The notes: generated by a model from the letters alone, not told the origin. A DNA stretch of 64,000 nucleotides from an uncultured Chloroflexia bacterium (GCA_963746405.1 CAVVAV010000003.1:1427691-1491690), one strand, 5' to 3'; positions 1 through 10,462 are shown, counted from the stretch's first letter. Numbers and translations are program-made.

Positions 1-432
1 CTCCCGGAACGTCGCGAGCTGCGGTTCGCTGAGCCCCTCGAGGTTCTCCTCCTCCTTGATCTCGTCCCAGATGAAGTGCTTGTCGGCGCCCTCGATCTCG
101 GCGTCCGCCGCGCCCTTGCCCGGCGCGGTGTCGACGTAGACCATCGCCGCGATCCGCTCGGGCACGCGGTCGCTCGCCGCGTACCCGCTGAAGCCGGCGC
201 CGCTGTGGACGGCGAGCACGACCGGCCGATCGGCCGCCTCGATCGCATTGACGATGGCGTCGACGTGGTCCCCGAAGGTGATCGCAGATCGGTCCGCGTC
301 CTTCGACTCGAGGCCCGGGAGGGTCAGTGCCGTCACATCGTGGCCGTCGGCTCGTAACGTCTCGGCCACTTCGTCCCACGCCCACGCGCCGAGCCAGAAA
401 CCGGGAACCAGGATGATCGGTGCACTCGCCAT
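1..432 (-). CDS. alpha/beta-hydrolase fold protein, partial (3' end beyond window start)
   Basis: Reverse translation from ATG at 432 reads MASAPIILVPGFWLGAWAWDEVAETLRADGHDV...LAVHSGAGFSGY, a typical alpha/beta hydrolase N-terminus with nucleophile elbow. No stop before window edge, so it is absent from the ORF track. Confidence 0.65.
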   Translation of the reverse strand, partial: MASAPIILVPGFWLGAWAWDEVAETLRADGHDVTALTLPGLESKDADRSAITFGDHVDAIVNAIEAADRPVVLAVHSGAGFSGYAASDRVPERIAAMVYVDTAPGKGAADAEIEGADKHFIWDEIKEEENLEGLSEPQLATFRE

Positions 433-544
433 CGTTCGTTGCCTCCCCTGTGTGTGTCGCATGGCCAGTATCCTCGAGATCGAAGGACCGGGCCCCGGGC
501 CTGGATCGTGCTCGGGCTGGTGCTCCTGCGCCGACCGGACGCCC

Positions 545-943
545 TCACGGGTCCCGGGTCTCGATGCCGTAGCGGCCCTGGCCCCGGTCGAACGTGGCCA
601 GCGGCACCGCATCGGCCGCGAGGCTGGCTGCGACGATCAAGGCACCCGGGATCGGTCGACCGGGGAGGTCGCGGGCACGCACGAGCGCCTCGACCATGGC
701 GTCGGTCCGCAGATCGACGACCCGGATGTTCGCGCGCTGGATGAAACCGATGAGCGCGTCGACGATGTCGCGCTGCGCGACCTCGTACTGGGTGCGCAGC
801 ACGTGGGCGCACTCGGCGAGGGCGACGATGGAGACCCCACATTCGATCTCGTCGTCATCGATCAGCCGCGCCGCACGCTTCGCCTGAGCCGCGGGCGTAC
901 CAACGAGGTAGCGAACGACGACGGATGTATCGAGCCCGATCAA
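545..943 (-). CDS. vapC: PIN-domain ribonuclease toxin (VapC-like)
   Basis: ORF 545..997. LIGLDTSVVVRYLVG... is a PIN-domain signature. The likely true start is the TTG near 943 that overlaps the antitoxin stop (TTGA). The longer ORF start at 997 is also possible. Confidence 0.6.
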   Translation of the reverse strand: MIGLDTSVVVRYLVGTPAAQAKRAARLIDDDEIECGVSIVALAECAHVLRTQYEVAQRDIVDALIGFIQRANIRVVDLRTDAMVEALVRARDLPGRPIPGALIVAASLAADAVPLATFDRGQGRYGIETRDP

Positions 944-1197
944 GGCGCCCGATCGGGGTCGGGCGTCCGCGAGGCCGCGTCGCGCAGCGCGTCCCACGAT
1001 TCATCGACCGGCGTTCGCCCGATCTTGTCGCGGAGCGTGCCCGCGAGCGATCGACGATGCCGACCAGGCACGATCTCGATGACGATGCGCCCATCCTCCA
1101 CGCGCTGGATGGCCTCGTCGCCCGCGTAGATCGCGAGCTCCTCGCGGATACCCTTCTCGATCGTGATCTGGCCGCGCTCGCCTACTCGACTCGCCAT
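940..1197 (-). CDS. vapB: AbrB/SpoVT-fold antitoxin (VapB-like)
   Basis: 85 aa. GQITIEKGIREELAIYAGDEAIQRVEDGRIVIEIVP is a swapped-hairpin AbrB/MazE-type DNA-binding fold. It sits immediately upstream of the PIN gene and overlaps it. Confidence 0.6.
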   Translation of the reverse strand: MASRVGERGQITIEKGIREELAIYAGDEAIQRVEDGRIVIEIVPGRHRRSLAGTLRDKIGRTPVDESWDALRDAASRTPDPDRAP

Positions 1198-1274
1198 GGT
1201 ATGAATGATAGTACGAGAACGTATCGTCGATGTCGAGTCGTATCCGTTCTGCGCACCCGCGATGCGGGTCCGAG

Positions 1275-3386
1275 CTAACGGATGACTGGCGGCTCCGGGT
1301 CGAACGGTGCGTCAGCGTATGTGCCGGCGAGGGTGACCTCATAGCCGAGCCGAAGCAGGTGTCCGTCCGAGTCACGCACGGCGACGCCGGTCTCGACCGT
1401 GATCTGTTGCCTGATGGGCTCGTACGGATCTGCCACACGGAACCAGTCCACGGCCCATCCGGCCCAGACGGCGACATCGTCGTTCTGGATCGCGTTGAGC
1501 GTCACGAAGGGAGCCCAATGCACCAGCCTGAGGGTCGCTCCGCGCGGGATCTCGGGAACCGTGATGCCGAGATTCACCTGGGCACGCAGCCAATCGCGGC
1601 CTGTTCCCTTCAGGTGCAGGAGGACCACCCCGGTGAGTGTGTAGAGCTGGAGGCCGTCGGCCGACTCGGTGTGCACGTAGTGCTGTGATCCAAACAGCGA
1701 GGGATGATCGACGTCGTCGATCCAGATCGGCGGCTGGGTCTCGATGTTCGTCGACCGGATGCACTTGCCCGACGCCCCGTCACCAAGGGTCTGGCCGTCC
1801 ATCGGCGTCGGACGGACGCTCGCTCCATATGTCGAGTTGGGATACGGGACCTGCCGATCGTGGATCGAGAAGTGCAGGTGGTGGAGCCTCGAGATCCCGG
1901 TGTCGTCCATCAATCCGAGCCGATTGCCGACCACAACGGGCATGCCCATGTAGACGGGAACCAGATCCGGACCCGCGAGGTGCAGGTAGCGGGACACGAA
2001 TCGCGGCATTCCCGTTGCCGGATCCGGGTGGCTGATCGCGACGTGATTCAGGAGTGAGTCGTCGCCGGACGACGCACCCTCGAACATGCCGATCACGACG
2101 CCGTCGGCCGCGGCAAGGACGGGCGTCCCCTCCGAGATGTTGTTGAAGGGACTTCCATACTTGTACCGGGTGAAGTCGATGGCGAACGCGTCTTCCTCGT
2201 TGTGGCTGAACAGACTGTTGTAGTAGAAGCCGCGCGGTCCGAAGCCGCAGGCATTGCGGGAGTAGACGTAGGCGAGAGCCGCGCCGAAGATCCCCAGGGC
2301 GGCAACCGAAGCCATCTTCAGGGAGAAGTCGACGAGGCCCCCGGCCATGAAGCTCTGCCCCGCGGGCCATGGCGCCTTCAGGGGGAAGGGAAGCGGCTGG
2401 TTGACCTCGACCTTGGCCGGGCGCCATCGATCGATCCACTCGTCGGTGGGATGGGCGAGGGCGATGCCACTCCACTGCCAGCCTCGCGGGCTATGGGTCA
2501 GGACGAGGAGCACATCGCCGCTAAACCGGGAGCTCTTCCAGCCTCGAGTCTGGAGGTAGCGCTTGCCGCCCGACCCAAGCACCGTCCGGCGAACGGAGAT
2601 CCGCCGCGACGTCAACTCCGAAATGAGGGCGTCGGCCACGTCGAGCTCCTCGAACGCCGCCTCACCACCGACCGGACCGACGCTGAAGTGCGTGTTGGAG
2701 CGAACTGCCGCCAGCCGTCGACCGTCCTGATCGCGAATCGCCGACCTCACCTCGTTGACGAGGCTGGCCAGCGTGGGCATGAACGCCGTCGACGGCTCCT
2801 CGAGTCGTGCGGCGGCGCGACGGGCCAAGTCTGCTGGCTCCCCCGGTTGGCGCGGTGTCGCACGACCGGCGGCCGCGATGTAGTGGTCCCGCGCCTCGTC
2901 CGGGCTGCCAGCTCGCTCCGCGAGCAGACCGGCCCGGTACAGCGCGACAGGGTCATCGGGTCGGAGCTTTCCAAGGTCGCCGAGCACCTTGATCGCGGCG
3001 GCAAGGTCACCGGCGCGCTCGTGCGCGCCAGCCATGCCCTCGAGTGCGGCGCGACGAACGTCCCATGGCTCGCTCAGTGGGGCCGCGTCTTCCACCGCGC
3101 TGGCCGTACGCTCGAACATCGCCACCGCATCCGCGTGGCGCCCCTCTCGTGCCAGGCTGTTGCCCATCCACAAGAGAAGGACGGGAGCGAGGGGCGACTG
3201 GGGATCGGCCTCGACCGCTGCAGCAAGGGACCGATTCGCCGCCGCCGGGCGCGGCCCGCGCGCTACCGCCGCGACGCGGGTACCGAGATCGAACCATTGC
3301 TCGACCAGCGGCGACTCGAGCGAGACGCCGAACCGTGCGCCGAGTCCGCCGCGTTTGGGATCGGGCCGATGCCCTTGCTGACTCAT
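1275..3386 (-). CDS. TPR-repeat protein fused to an M23 (LytM-type) metallopeptidase domain, with a C-terminal uncharacterised domain
   Basis: 703 aa. The N-terminus has TPR-like helices (AVAMFERTASAV...ALYRAGLLAERAG). The centre has an M23 core with the H-x-H motif (GISRLHHLHFSIHD, preceded by HVAISHPDP...YLHLAG). RBS GGAGGAGG lies upstream of ATG 3386. Confidence 0.75.
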   Translation of the reverse strand: MSQQGHRPDPKRGGLGARFGVSLESPLVEQWFDLGTRVAAVARGPRPAAANRSLAAAVEADPQSPLAPVLLLWMGNSLAREGRHADAVAMFERTASAVEDAAPLSEPWDVRRAALEGMAGAHERAGDLAAAIKVLGDLGKLRPDDPVALYRAGLLAERAGSPDEARDHYIAAAGRATPRQPGEPADLARRAAARLEEPSTAFMPTLASLVNEVRSAIRDQDGRRLAAVRSNTHFSVGPVGGEAAFEELDVADALISELTSRRISVRRTVLGSGGKRYLQTRGWKSSRFSGDVLLVLTHSPRGWQWSGIALAHPTDEWIDRWRPAKVEVNQPLPFPLKAPWPAGQSFMAGGLVDFSLKMASVAALGIFGAALAYVYSRNACGFGPRGFYYNSLFSHNEEDAFAIDFTRYKYGSPFNNISEGTPVLAAADGVVIGMFEGASSGDDSLLNHVAISHPDPATGMPRFVSRYLHLAGPDLVPVYMGMPVVVGNRLGLMDDTGISRLHHLHFSIHDRQVPYPNSTYGASVRPTPMDGQTLGDGASGKCIRSTNIETQPPIWIDDVDHPSLFGSQHYVHTESADGLQLYTLTGVVLLHLKGTGRDWLRAQVNLGITVPEIPRGATLRLVHWAPFVTLNAIQNDDVAVWAGWAVDWFRVADPYEPIRQQITVETGVAVRDSDGHLLRLGYEVTLAGTYADAPFDPEPPVIR

Positions 3387-3527
3387 GAGCGCTCCTCCTC
3401 CCCGACCGCTCGACGTCGGCGGGTCCGCGCGCTCTTCGCTCCGACGGTACGCCCTTCGTCAACGCCTGGCAATGACCGACTACGGCAATGGCCGCCAGGC
3501 CTGCGATGCTCGGCGGCGAGACTCGCC

Positions 3528-3930
3528 CTATCCCGTGTCGCGCCCTTCGCGCGCCGACCAATACTCCCGCCAACCGCCGAACTCGGTGATCTCGCGGTGG
3601 CCCTGGGTCATCTCGCGGGGGTACAGGATGCCTGGCACCGTCCGACCGTCCTCGAGCTCGACCGGCCCCCGGTACAGGCCCGGTGGTTCGCCGGCCTCGA
3701 CGCGGGCCCAGACCTCATCGGGCATGTCGTAGAGCTCGCCCAGGAACGGAGATGCCGGCCTCGGCCTCGCCCTCGCCGACCTCGAACATGCCGGGGTGGA
3801 CGTCGCCGATGGAAAAGATTCGGTACCGCGGCGCCGTCTTGAATTCGCCCAGGAACGTCGCGCCGTCGAGGTTCGCATTGAGCTTGAGGCCACGCATGAG
3901 CGTGCCGTTGACGAAGAGTTCGCTGGACAT
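3528..3930 (-). pseudogene. gamma-glutamyl cyclotransferase-like (AIG2/GGCT fold) gene interrupted by a +1 frameshift
   Basis: ORF 3715..3930 gives MSSELFVNGTLMRGLKLNANLDGATFLGEF...GEGEAEAGI, the GGCT N-terminal half. The overlapping ORF in the adjacent frame, ending at 3528, gives ...FLGELYDMPDEVWARVEAGEPPGLYRGPVELEDGRTVPGILYPRE, the GGCT C-terminal half with the GE-x-Y motif. The frames switch near 3765. Confidence 0.55.
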
Positions 3931-4022
3931 CGGGCCTCCAATGCAAGGGAGACGCGACGGGAACCTCGGCCGGGGGGCTGACCGAGGTCCCCTGCGTCAC
4001 GGACAGAGGAACGCGGCGTATC

Positions 4023-5654
4023 TCAGGACGGGGCAGCCTCCGGTTCGGGGTCAGGCGGCGGCGTCGTGAGCGCCGCCCGGAAGTCCGTGGCAGTCGCTCG
4101 GCCCTCCCGCCAGGCCACGACCCAGAAGACCACCGCCGCGAACAGGTAGCCCAGGAAGACCGCATTCGGGGTACCGAACACGACCGCCCCATCGACGACC
4201 GAGACGATGAGCTGGGTGGCGTGGATGAACCCGGTCACGGCGAGGATCGCACCGACAACCGAATAGACGATCGCGCGGCTGTACTCGCGGTCGATGATGA
4301 AGACGGCGATCGCTCCGAGGATGAGCCCGGCAACGACGGCGCCGCCACCGAAGATGGCCATCCCGTCGTAGATCACGCCGGCGTCGTTCAACGGCCCGGC
4401 GCCGACGGTCGCGGCGTTGGTCCCGGCCGCTCCGAGCGCGCCATCGATCTGGCCCTGGGCCCACGAGGCGATGTTGGGCAGCATGGCGAGGACGACGGCC
4501 GGTGCATGGCGGGCGGGCGTCGTCGTGAACGCCTGCGCACCGATGACAAGCCCGATGAACAGCAGGATCGGCACGAGGGCCTGGATCGGGATGACCGCCA
4601 GGAAGAGCCCCACGAGCCCGAACAGGCAGATGACCGCGACGGCGATGCCGGTCGCCAGCGAATACCCGATCCGGCCCCCGACGGCCTTCCAGCCGGGGTG
4701 CCCGATGTACACGGCGGGTGGGAAGGGGCTGCCCAGGAACGAGCCGATGACGGCGCCACCACCATCGGCCAGCAGGATGTGCCGGAGGTTGTAGTCGTCA
4801 CCGGCGGCCGAGGCGCTCTCGACGTTGTTCATGGCCTCGGTGAAGTTGTAGATACCGAGCGGGATGGCCGTGACCAGCAGCGGCAAGATCTGCGACAGAC
4901 CGCTCAGGACCTCGGTCCCGGGGATGGGCAGGTGGACGCCGAACTGGGCGAACGAGTCGCCGACGGCCTGCGGGTTCATCCCGGTCCAGGCGCCCGACAC
5001 GTAGGCGACCCAGCCGATGACCGTGCCGACGACGACCGCCAGGAGACCACCGGGGACCCCGCCGGGCATTCGGACCCCGGCCGTCCAGGACAGCAGGATG
5101 ATGGCGAGCACCGGCAGGGCGATCCACGGCACCTCGAACATCTGGAAGGCCGGCCGCATCGAGATGAACGCGATGGAGATGCCGGCAAGGGTTCCGAGCA
5201 TCGCAGCCCGGGGGGTGAACCGACGGATGGCCGGTCCCACGAACGCGCCGATCAGGATGATCACACCGACGATGAACGCCCAGGCGAGCCCGGCCATCCA
5301 CGCCTCGAGCGGGGTGCCGCCACGCAGCACGATGGGCAACATGATCACGAAGGTCACGAAGAAGTAGTGGGGCACGCTCGGGCCGTACGGCATGGCCGTC
5401 ACGTCGTCGCGGCCGGTCTGCTTCGCCAGCCGGTAGGCCAGGTAGGCATAGAACAGGTTGCCCAGCGGCAGGGCTATGGCGAGCGCGGGCAGGATCCGCC
5501 CGAAGACGGTCTCGTTGGGCATGCCCACGACGAACAGCGCCAGCCCCGACAACACGAGGACGTTGAGCAACACGTTGGTCCCGAGGCCAAAAAACGCGTT
5601 CCAGTCGCCCGGCACCCAGAGCCTAGGTTTGAATGTCCCGTTCATGGTCGTCAT
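4023..5654 (-). CDS. NCS2/AzgA-family purine permease (adenine/guanine/hypoxanthine type)
   Basis: 543 aa polytopic membrane protein. N-terminus MTTMNGTFKPRLWVPGDWNAFFGLGTNVLLNVL... and MPYGPSVPHYFF are characteristic of the AzgA-like branch of the xanthine/uracil permease family. RBS GGGAGG precedes it. Confidence 0.8.
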   Translation of the reverse strand: MTTMNGTFKPRLWVPGDWNAFFGLGTNVLLNVLVLSGLALFVVGMPNETVFGRILPALAIALPLGNLFYAYLAYRLAKQTGRDDVTAMPYGPSVPHYFFVTFVIMLPIVLRGGTPLEAWMAGLAWAFIVGVIILIGAFVGPAIRRFTPRAAMLGTLAGISIAFISMRPAFQMFEVPWIALPVLAIILLSWTAGVRMPGGVPGGLLAVVVGTVIGWVAYVSGAWTGMNPQAVGDSFAQFGVHLPIPGTEVLSGLSQILPLLVTAIPLGIYNFTEAMNNVESASAAGDDYNLRHILLADGGGAVIGSFLGSPFPPAVYIGHPGWKAVGGRIGYSLATGIAVAVICLFGLVGLFLAVIPIQALVPILLFIGLVIGAQAFTTTPARHAPAVVLAMLPNIASWAQGQIDGALGAAGTNAATVGAGPLNDAGVIYDGMAIFGGGAVVAGLILGAIAVFIIDREYSRAIVYSVVGAILAVTGFIHATQLIVSVVDGAVVFGTPNAVFLGYLFAAVVFWVVAWREGRATATDFRAALTTPPPDPEPEAAPS

Positions 5655-5746
5655 GTTGCGATACCTCCCTCGATCGCGAACCCCTCCGGCCCGCGGCGAA
5701 CCCCGCCTTTTTCCCTTCCACGCTCCCGCATGTCATCGGATAGGCA

Positions 5747-6451
5747 TCAGGCCTTGCCCGCCGCGGCGGCCACGGCGTCCGGGAATTCGGTCCCGATCGC
5801 CTCGAGGAGCGCGCTCGAATCGCTGACCCATCCGAAGATGCCGCCCTGTGCCTTGATCATCTCGAGGGCGACGCGCTGGAACTCCGGGAAATACGAGCCG
5901 GTCGCATCGGCCAGGACGAGTGCGTCGTAGCCACGATCGTTCGCTTCGCGCACACTCGTCTGGACGCACACCTCAGTGGTGACCCCGCACACGATCAGCC
6001 AGCGGATGTTCCGGTTCTTGAGGATCGAATCGAGGTCGGTGGCATAGAACGCGCCCTTGCCCGGCTTGTCGATGACCGGCTCGCCATCGATCGGGTAGAC
6101 CTCCTGGACGATGTCGTGGCCGTGCTCACCGCGGACGAGCAGGCGACCCATGGGCCCCGGGTCGCCGATGTGGAGCGTCGGCTGACCCCGCTCGTACTTG
6201 GTGACGGGCAGGTCGGACAGGTCGCCCCGATGGCCCTCGCGGGTGTGGATCACGAAGATGCCGGCAGCCCGGCAGGCCTTGAGCACGCGCTCGGCCGGCG
6301 GTAGCGCGTCGAGCAGGAACGACGTGTCGTTGCCAAGCGACTCGCCGAAGCCACCTGGATACACGAAGTCGCGCTGGAAATCGATCATGACCAGCGCCGT
6401 ACGGCTCGGATCGAACTCGAACTCGTACGGTTCCGCTCTGACGGAGATCAT
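5747..6451 (-). CDS. isochorismatase-family cysteine hydrolase (RutB/BiuH/TrtA-like ureide amidohydrolase)
   Basis: 234 aa. ALVMIDFQRDFVYPGG... and KGAFYATDLDSILKNRNIRWLIVCGVTTEVCVQTSVREANDRGY align with RutB-type ureidoacrylate/biuret amidohydrolases, including the catalytic Cys in VTTEVCV. RBS GAAGGGAGG precedes it. Confidence 0.75.
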   Translation of the reverse strand: MISVRAEPYEFEFDPSRTALVMIDFQRDFVYPGGFGESLGNDTSFLLDALPPAERVLKACRAAGIFVIHTREGHRGDLSDLPVTKYERGQPTLHIGDPGPMGRLLVRGEHGHDIVQEVYPIDGEPVIDKPGKGAFYATDLDSILKNRNIRWLIVCGVTTEVCVQTSVREANDRGYDALVLADATGSYFPEFQRVALEMIKAQGGIFGWVSDSSALLEAIGTEFPDAVAAAAGKA

Positions 6452-6497
6452 CGGTGTCGCCTCCCTTCGTCCTGTCTGGTTGCCGCTCGCGTCGCGG

Positions 6498-7457
6498 TCA
6501 TGGTTTCTGGTCGGGAACGATGCGCGTTCCGGTGTCGCCGGCGATCGCCTTCTCGAGGGACGCCGGAGAGGTGATCAGCACCTCCTTACCCCCGCGCTCC
6601 AGGAAGCGGATCGCGGCCTCCACCTTCGGGCCCATGGAGCCGCGCGGGAACTCCCCGTCGGCGAGGTAGCCCGCCGCCTCCGTCACGGTGATGCGGTCGA
6701 GCCATCGTTCATCGGGCTGGCGGAAGTGGACGGCGACTTGTTCGACGCCAGTCGAGAGGACGAGCAGCGGGACCTCGAGGCTGGCGGCCAGCAGTGCCGA
6801 GGCCCGGTCCTTGTCGATGACCGCCTCGACGCCGGCATAGCGGCCCGGGGCTGTCTCGACCACGGCCACGCCGCCACCGCCGACAGCGATGACCACGTGC
6901 CCGGCGTCCACCAGCGTCCGGATCTGAGCGCCCTCGACGATCCGGATCGGCTCCGGCGAAGCGACCACTCGGCGATAGCCCCGTCCCGAGTCCTCGACCA
7001 TGACCCAGCCCTGGCGCGCCATCTTCTCATCCGCCTGCTCGGCCGTGTACGAGGGACCGATCGGTTTGGTCGGGCTCGTAAAGGCGGGGTCGTCCTTGTC
7101 GACGACGACGTGGGTCAGGACACACACGACCCGGTCGGGCAGGCCGCGATCGGCCAACTCGTTGAGCAGGGCCTGGGACAGGATGTGCCCGATGCCGCCC
7201 TGCGAGTCGGCAACCGACATCTCGAGACTCAGCTTGGGGATCGGCGCATCGGCGGGCACGAGCTCCGAGCGCAGCAAGATGAACCCGACCTGCGGGCCGT
7301 TGCCGTGGGTGACCACCACGCCCCAGCCCTCGGCGACCAGGGCCGCGATATGGCGCGCCGTCTCGCTGGCATTGTCGTACTGCTCGGCGATCGTGCCCTG
7401 TTGCCCGTCTCGGATCAAGGCGTTGCCTCCGATCGCGACGACGGCCCGGCGATCCAT
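6498..7457 (-). CDS. arcC: carbamate kinase (AllK/YbcF-like)
   Basis: 319 aa. AVVAIGGNAL...GNGPQVG...VIDKDRASALLA match the carbamate kinase family. It lies in the fdrA-ylbE-ylbF context. Confidence 0.85.
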   Translation of the reverse strand: MDRRAVVAIGGNALIRDGQQGTIAEQYDNASETARHIAALVAEGWGVVVTHGNGPQVGFILLRSELVPADAPIPKLSLEMSVADSQGGIGHILSQALLNELADRGLPDRVVCVLTHVVVDKDDPAFTSPTKPIGPSYTAEQADEKMARQGWVMVEDSGRGYRRVVASPEPIRIVEGAQIRTLVDAGHVVIAVGGGGVAVVETAPGRYAGVEAVIDKDRASALLAASLEVPLLVLSTGVEQVAVHFRQPDERWLDRITVTEAAGYLADGEFPRGSMGPKVEAAIRFLERGGKEVLITSPASLEKAIAGDTGTRIVPDQKP

Positions 7458-7459
7458 GG

Positions 7460-8905
7460 CTACGCCTCCACTCCCAGACGCCCGGCGAGCGCCGCCAGGC
7501 CCTGCGCGAAACAGGCCAGCGGCGCCCGGGCGATCCCGGCGCCGATCTGGCCGATCCCGGCCTCCCGGTGAGCGATCCCCGTGTTGATGACCGGGGCGAT
7601 GCCAGAATTGACGACTCGTCGCGCATCGATGCCGGTCGGGGTGCCGATGAACCCGAGCGGCGGCAGCTGGTACGACGGGTTCCGGGCGAGGGTGATGCGA
7701 CCCATCAGTCGCGTGTAGTCGAGCGCGTCGGTCGCACTGCCGCCGACGAACCGGACGATCGCCGGCGCCGCCGCCATCGCGAAGCCACCGATACCGAACG
7801 TCTCCGTGATGGCGCTGTCGCCAAGGTCCGGGTTGGCATCATCAGGGCCGTAACCCGGGAAGAAGAGACCGTCGGGCACGCCGACCGGGGTCGTGAACCA
7901 CGCGTCGCCCGTGCCCGACAGGCGGATCCCGAAGTCGACGCCGTTGCGGCTCATCGCCGTCACGACCGTCGAGCCTTCGATGCCGCTCGCGGCGTCCAGG
8001 GCCGCCTTGCAGGCGGCCATCGACAGGTTCAGGAAGAAGTGGTCGTTGCCGCGCAAGAAGTCGAGCACGGCGCCGGCGGTCGCCGCGTTCGCGGAGCGGA
8101 CCAGGGCGGAAGCGATCGATCGGGTGAAGAGCGACGTGGCCGCGATGTTGCGATTGTGCCCCTCGTCGCCCATCTGGAGCGCCTGGCCGGTCATGCTCCG
8201 CAGGTCGATGGGGCCGCCGTCGCGCAGGGCGCCGCGCAGCGCGGGGCCGAGAGTGTCGGCCATCCAGCGCAGGCGTGAGATCACCGACTCGTCGTAGGCG
8301 CCGAAGCGCAGGACCTTGCCGAGGCCCTCGTTGAGCGTCGCGTGGCCGTGCGTCCCGCCCACCGTGTCGTGGACCACGACCACGGGCATGCTCGGGCTCA
8401 CGACGCCCGCCATCGGGCCGACGGCGCCGTGGTGGTGGCATGGCGCGAGCTCGATGCGGCCGCCGGCCGCCATGGCCCGCGCCTCGTCGGGATCGGCCGC
8501 CCAGCCCTCGAACAGGATCGCGCCGGTGACCGCGCCCTGGACGGGGCCGGGCATCCGATCCCAGGTGATCGGCGGTCCCGAGTGCAGCAGCTGGTGCCGA
8601 CCCAGCCCGAGGGCTTCCCCGGCCGGCGCGACGTCCACGAGCATCGGCTGCGCGGCCAGGAGCCGCTCGATCGCGATGGCATTGGCCGCGGCGATCCTCT
8701 GGCCGATCGGATCAGCCGCGTCGTCCTCGAGGCGCGAGAGCAGCAGGCCGATGGTGCGATCGCCCTCGGCGGGAGGGCGCCAGTCGAGCGCCACGACCGG
8801 GACGCCCGCCGCGACCAATGGCGTCGCGAACATCTCGGGGCCGACCGTGATGGCACGGATGCCCTCCGGAAAGAACGTCGAGGCCGTGACCGGCGCGCCG
8901 CTCAT
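7460..8905 (-). CDS. DUF1116 protein, YlbE/AllG-like subunit of oxamate carbamoyltransferase
   Basis: 481 aa, conserved across its full length. The start overlaps the fdrA stop (ATGA). RBS GGAGG precedes it. Confidence 0.8.
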   Translation of the reverse strand: MSGAPVTASTFFPEGIRAITVGPEMFATPLVAAGVPVVALDWRPPAEGDRTIGLLLSRLEDDAADPIGQRIAAANAIAIERLLAAQPMLVDVAPAGEALGLGRHQLLHSGPPITWDRMPGPVQGAVTGAILFEGWAADPDEARAMAAGGRIELAPCHHHGAVGPMAGVVSPSMPVVVVHDTVGGTHGHATLNEGLGKVLRFGAYDESVISRLRWMADTLGPALRGALRDGGPIDLRSMTGQALQMGDEGHNRNIAATSLFTRSIASALVRSANAATAGAVLDFLRGNDHFFLNLSMAACKAALDAASGIEGSTVVTAMSRNGVDFGIRLSGTGDAWFTTPVGVPDGLFFPGYGPDDANPDLGDSAITETFGIGGFAMAAAPAIVRFVGGSATDALDYTRLMGRITLARNPSYQLPPLGFIGTPTGIDARRVVNSGIAPVINTGIAHREAGIGQIGAGIARAPLACFAQGLAALAGRLGVEA

Positions 8906-10462
8906 GGGGCGCCTCCGACCACCGCGCCGGCTCGCCGAGAGACGATCACCGCGGCGATCCGGGCAGCACGGGCGTTGCTCGAGGCGAGGGTCACGCCAGC
9001 CGCCGTCAGCGTGGCCTCCTGGGATCCGAGGCCCTGCGGGTCACCCTCGGTGCCACACACCGACGCGACCACCGCGATCCGGCGCCCGGCCTTCGCGGCG
9101 GTCGCCTGAGCCGCGGTGATGGCAGGGACGAGCGCACCGGCGGGATCCGGGTGGGCGCCCGTGCCCAGGACGACGTCGAGGAGGATGACCGCGACCGTGG
9201 GGTCGGTGGCGGTCGCCTCGATCGTCTCGTTCCGGAGGCGTGGGTCGATCATCGGATGCGGCCGGCCGACCGTGTACTCGTCGTCGCCGAGGTCGATGAT
9301 CTCGTGGGCCTTGGCCGTCTCGGACCCGAGCACGGCACGGAGGACGAGCTTGGCCTCGCCTGCGAGCGAGCCGCCGCTGTACAGGCCGCGGACGCGGACC
9401 TGACCCGGGGCGAAGCCGTCGAGGAGGTCGTCGCCGGCATCGCGGCCGTGGGTGGCGTCGTGGGTGTCGTCGGGGATCGCGATCGACGCCCCGAGCGTCG
9501 AGCCCGGCGGCGATTCGAGCGGCGTCCTCGAACGTCGCGGCAAACGTCGCGCCGGCGGCCGCGACAGCGTCCGGGTCCCCGCCGAGGAGGTTGACGACGA
9601 CCGGCTTGCCGGCCTCAGCGACGGCCGCCAGGACCCGCTTCGCCACAGACGGCGCGGGTGGCTTGGAGATCACCACGATGACACTCGTGCCGGGATCGGC
9701 CGCGAGCCGGTCGATCGCGTCGATCATCATCACGCCGCCGACGCGTTCGTCGAGGTCGCGTCCGCCGACGCCGATGGCCTGCGACACGCCGGCCCCGAAC
9801 CGGTCGATGAGGCTCGTCACCTGCTGCAGCCCGGTTCCCGATGCCGCCGCCAGGCCGATCGTCCCGCGCCGGACCATGTTGGCGAAACCGAGCGGAACGC
9901 CGTCGAGGATGGCGGTCCCGCAGTCGGGGCCCATGAGCAGCAGGCCGCGCTCGCGAGCGAGGGCCTTCAGCTCGATCTCATCGGCGACCGGCACGTTGTC
10001 GCTGAACAGGAAGACATGGAGGCCACGCTTGAGAGCCTTGCGCGCCTCGGCCGTGGCGTACGCGCCGGGCGTCGCGATGAGGACGAGGTTGGCCCCCTCC
10101 AGCTCGGCGACGCCCTCGGCGAGGGTACTGGCCCTGGTCGCGGTCGATCCTTGAGCACCGTCGGTCGCGGCGTCACTTCCGCCCGCCCCTCCGGACAGCC
10201 GGGCGCTCGCATCGTCGAGGGCGGCGGAGGCGGTGGCGTCGTCGATCGCGGCGACCGCGACGACAAGGTCGTTGGGGCCCGCACCGTCGACGGCTTCGGT
10301 CAGGAGGCCGGCCGCAGCCAGTACGTCACGATTTGCCGGCGTCGCCATCACGAGGCCGGCACGTTCGATGCCCTCGCGGACCTCGATCGCGGCCGCGATC
10401 TGCATGAGTTCGACGGAATCCCGATAGCTGTTGGCAAAGATGCGGGCCGTGACGACGGCCAT
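8902..10462 (-). CDS. fdrA: FdrA/AllF-like (succinyl-CoA-synthetase-fold) protein; apparent frameshift near 9490
   Basis: N-terminus MAVVTARIFANSYRDSVELMQ aligns with E. coli FdrA MIHAFIKKGCFQDSVSLM. GLLLMGPDCGT, VGGRDL and ...GLYSGGSLAGEA...IIDLGDDEYTVGRPHPMIDP are all FdrA motifs. The reading frame changes between ORF 9041..10462 and ORF 8902..9543 at a GGGG run near 9490. Confidence 0.7.
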
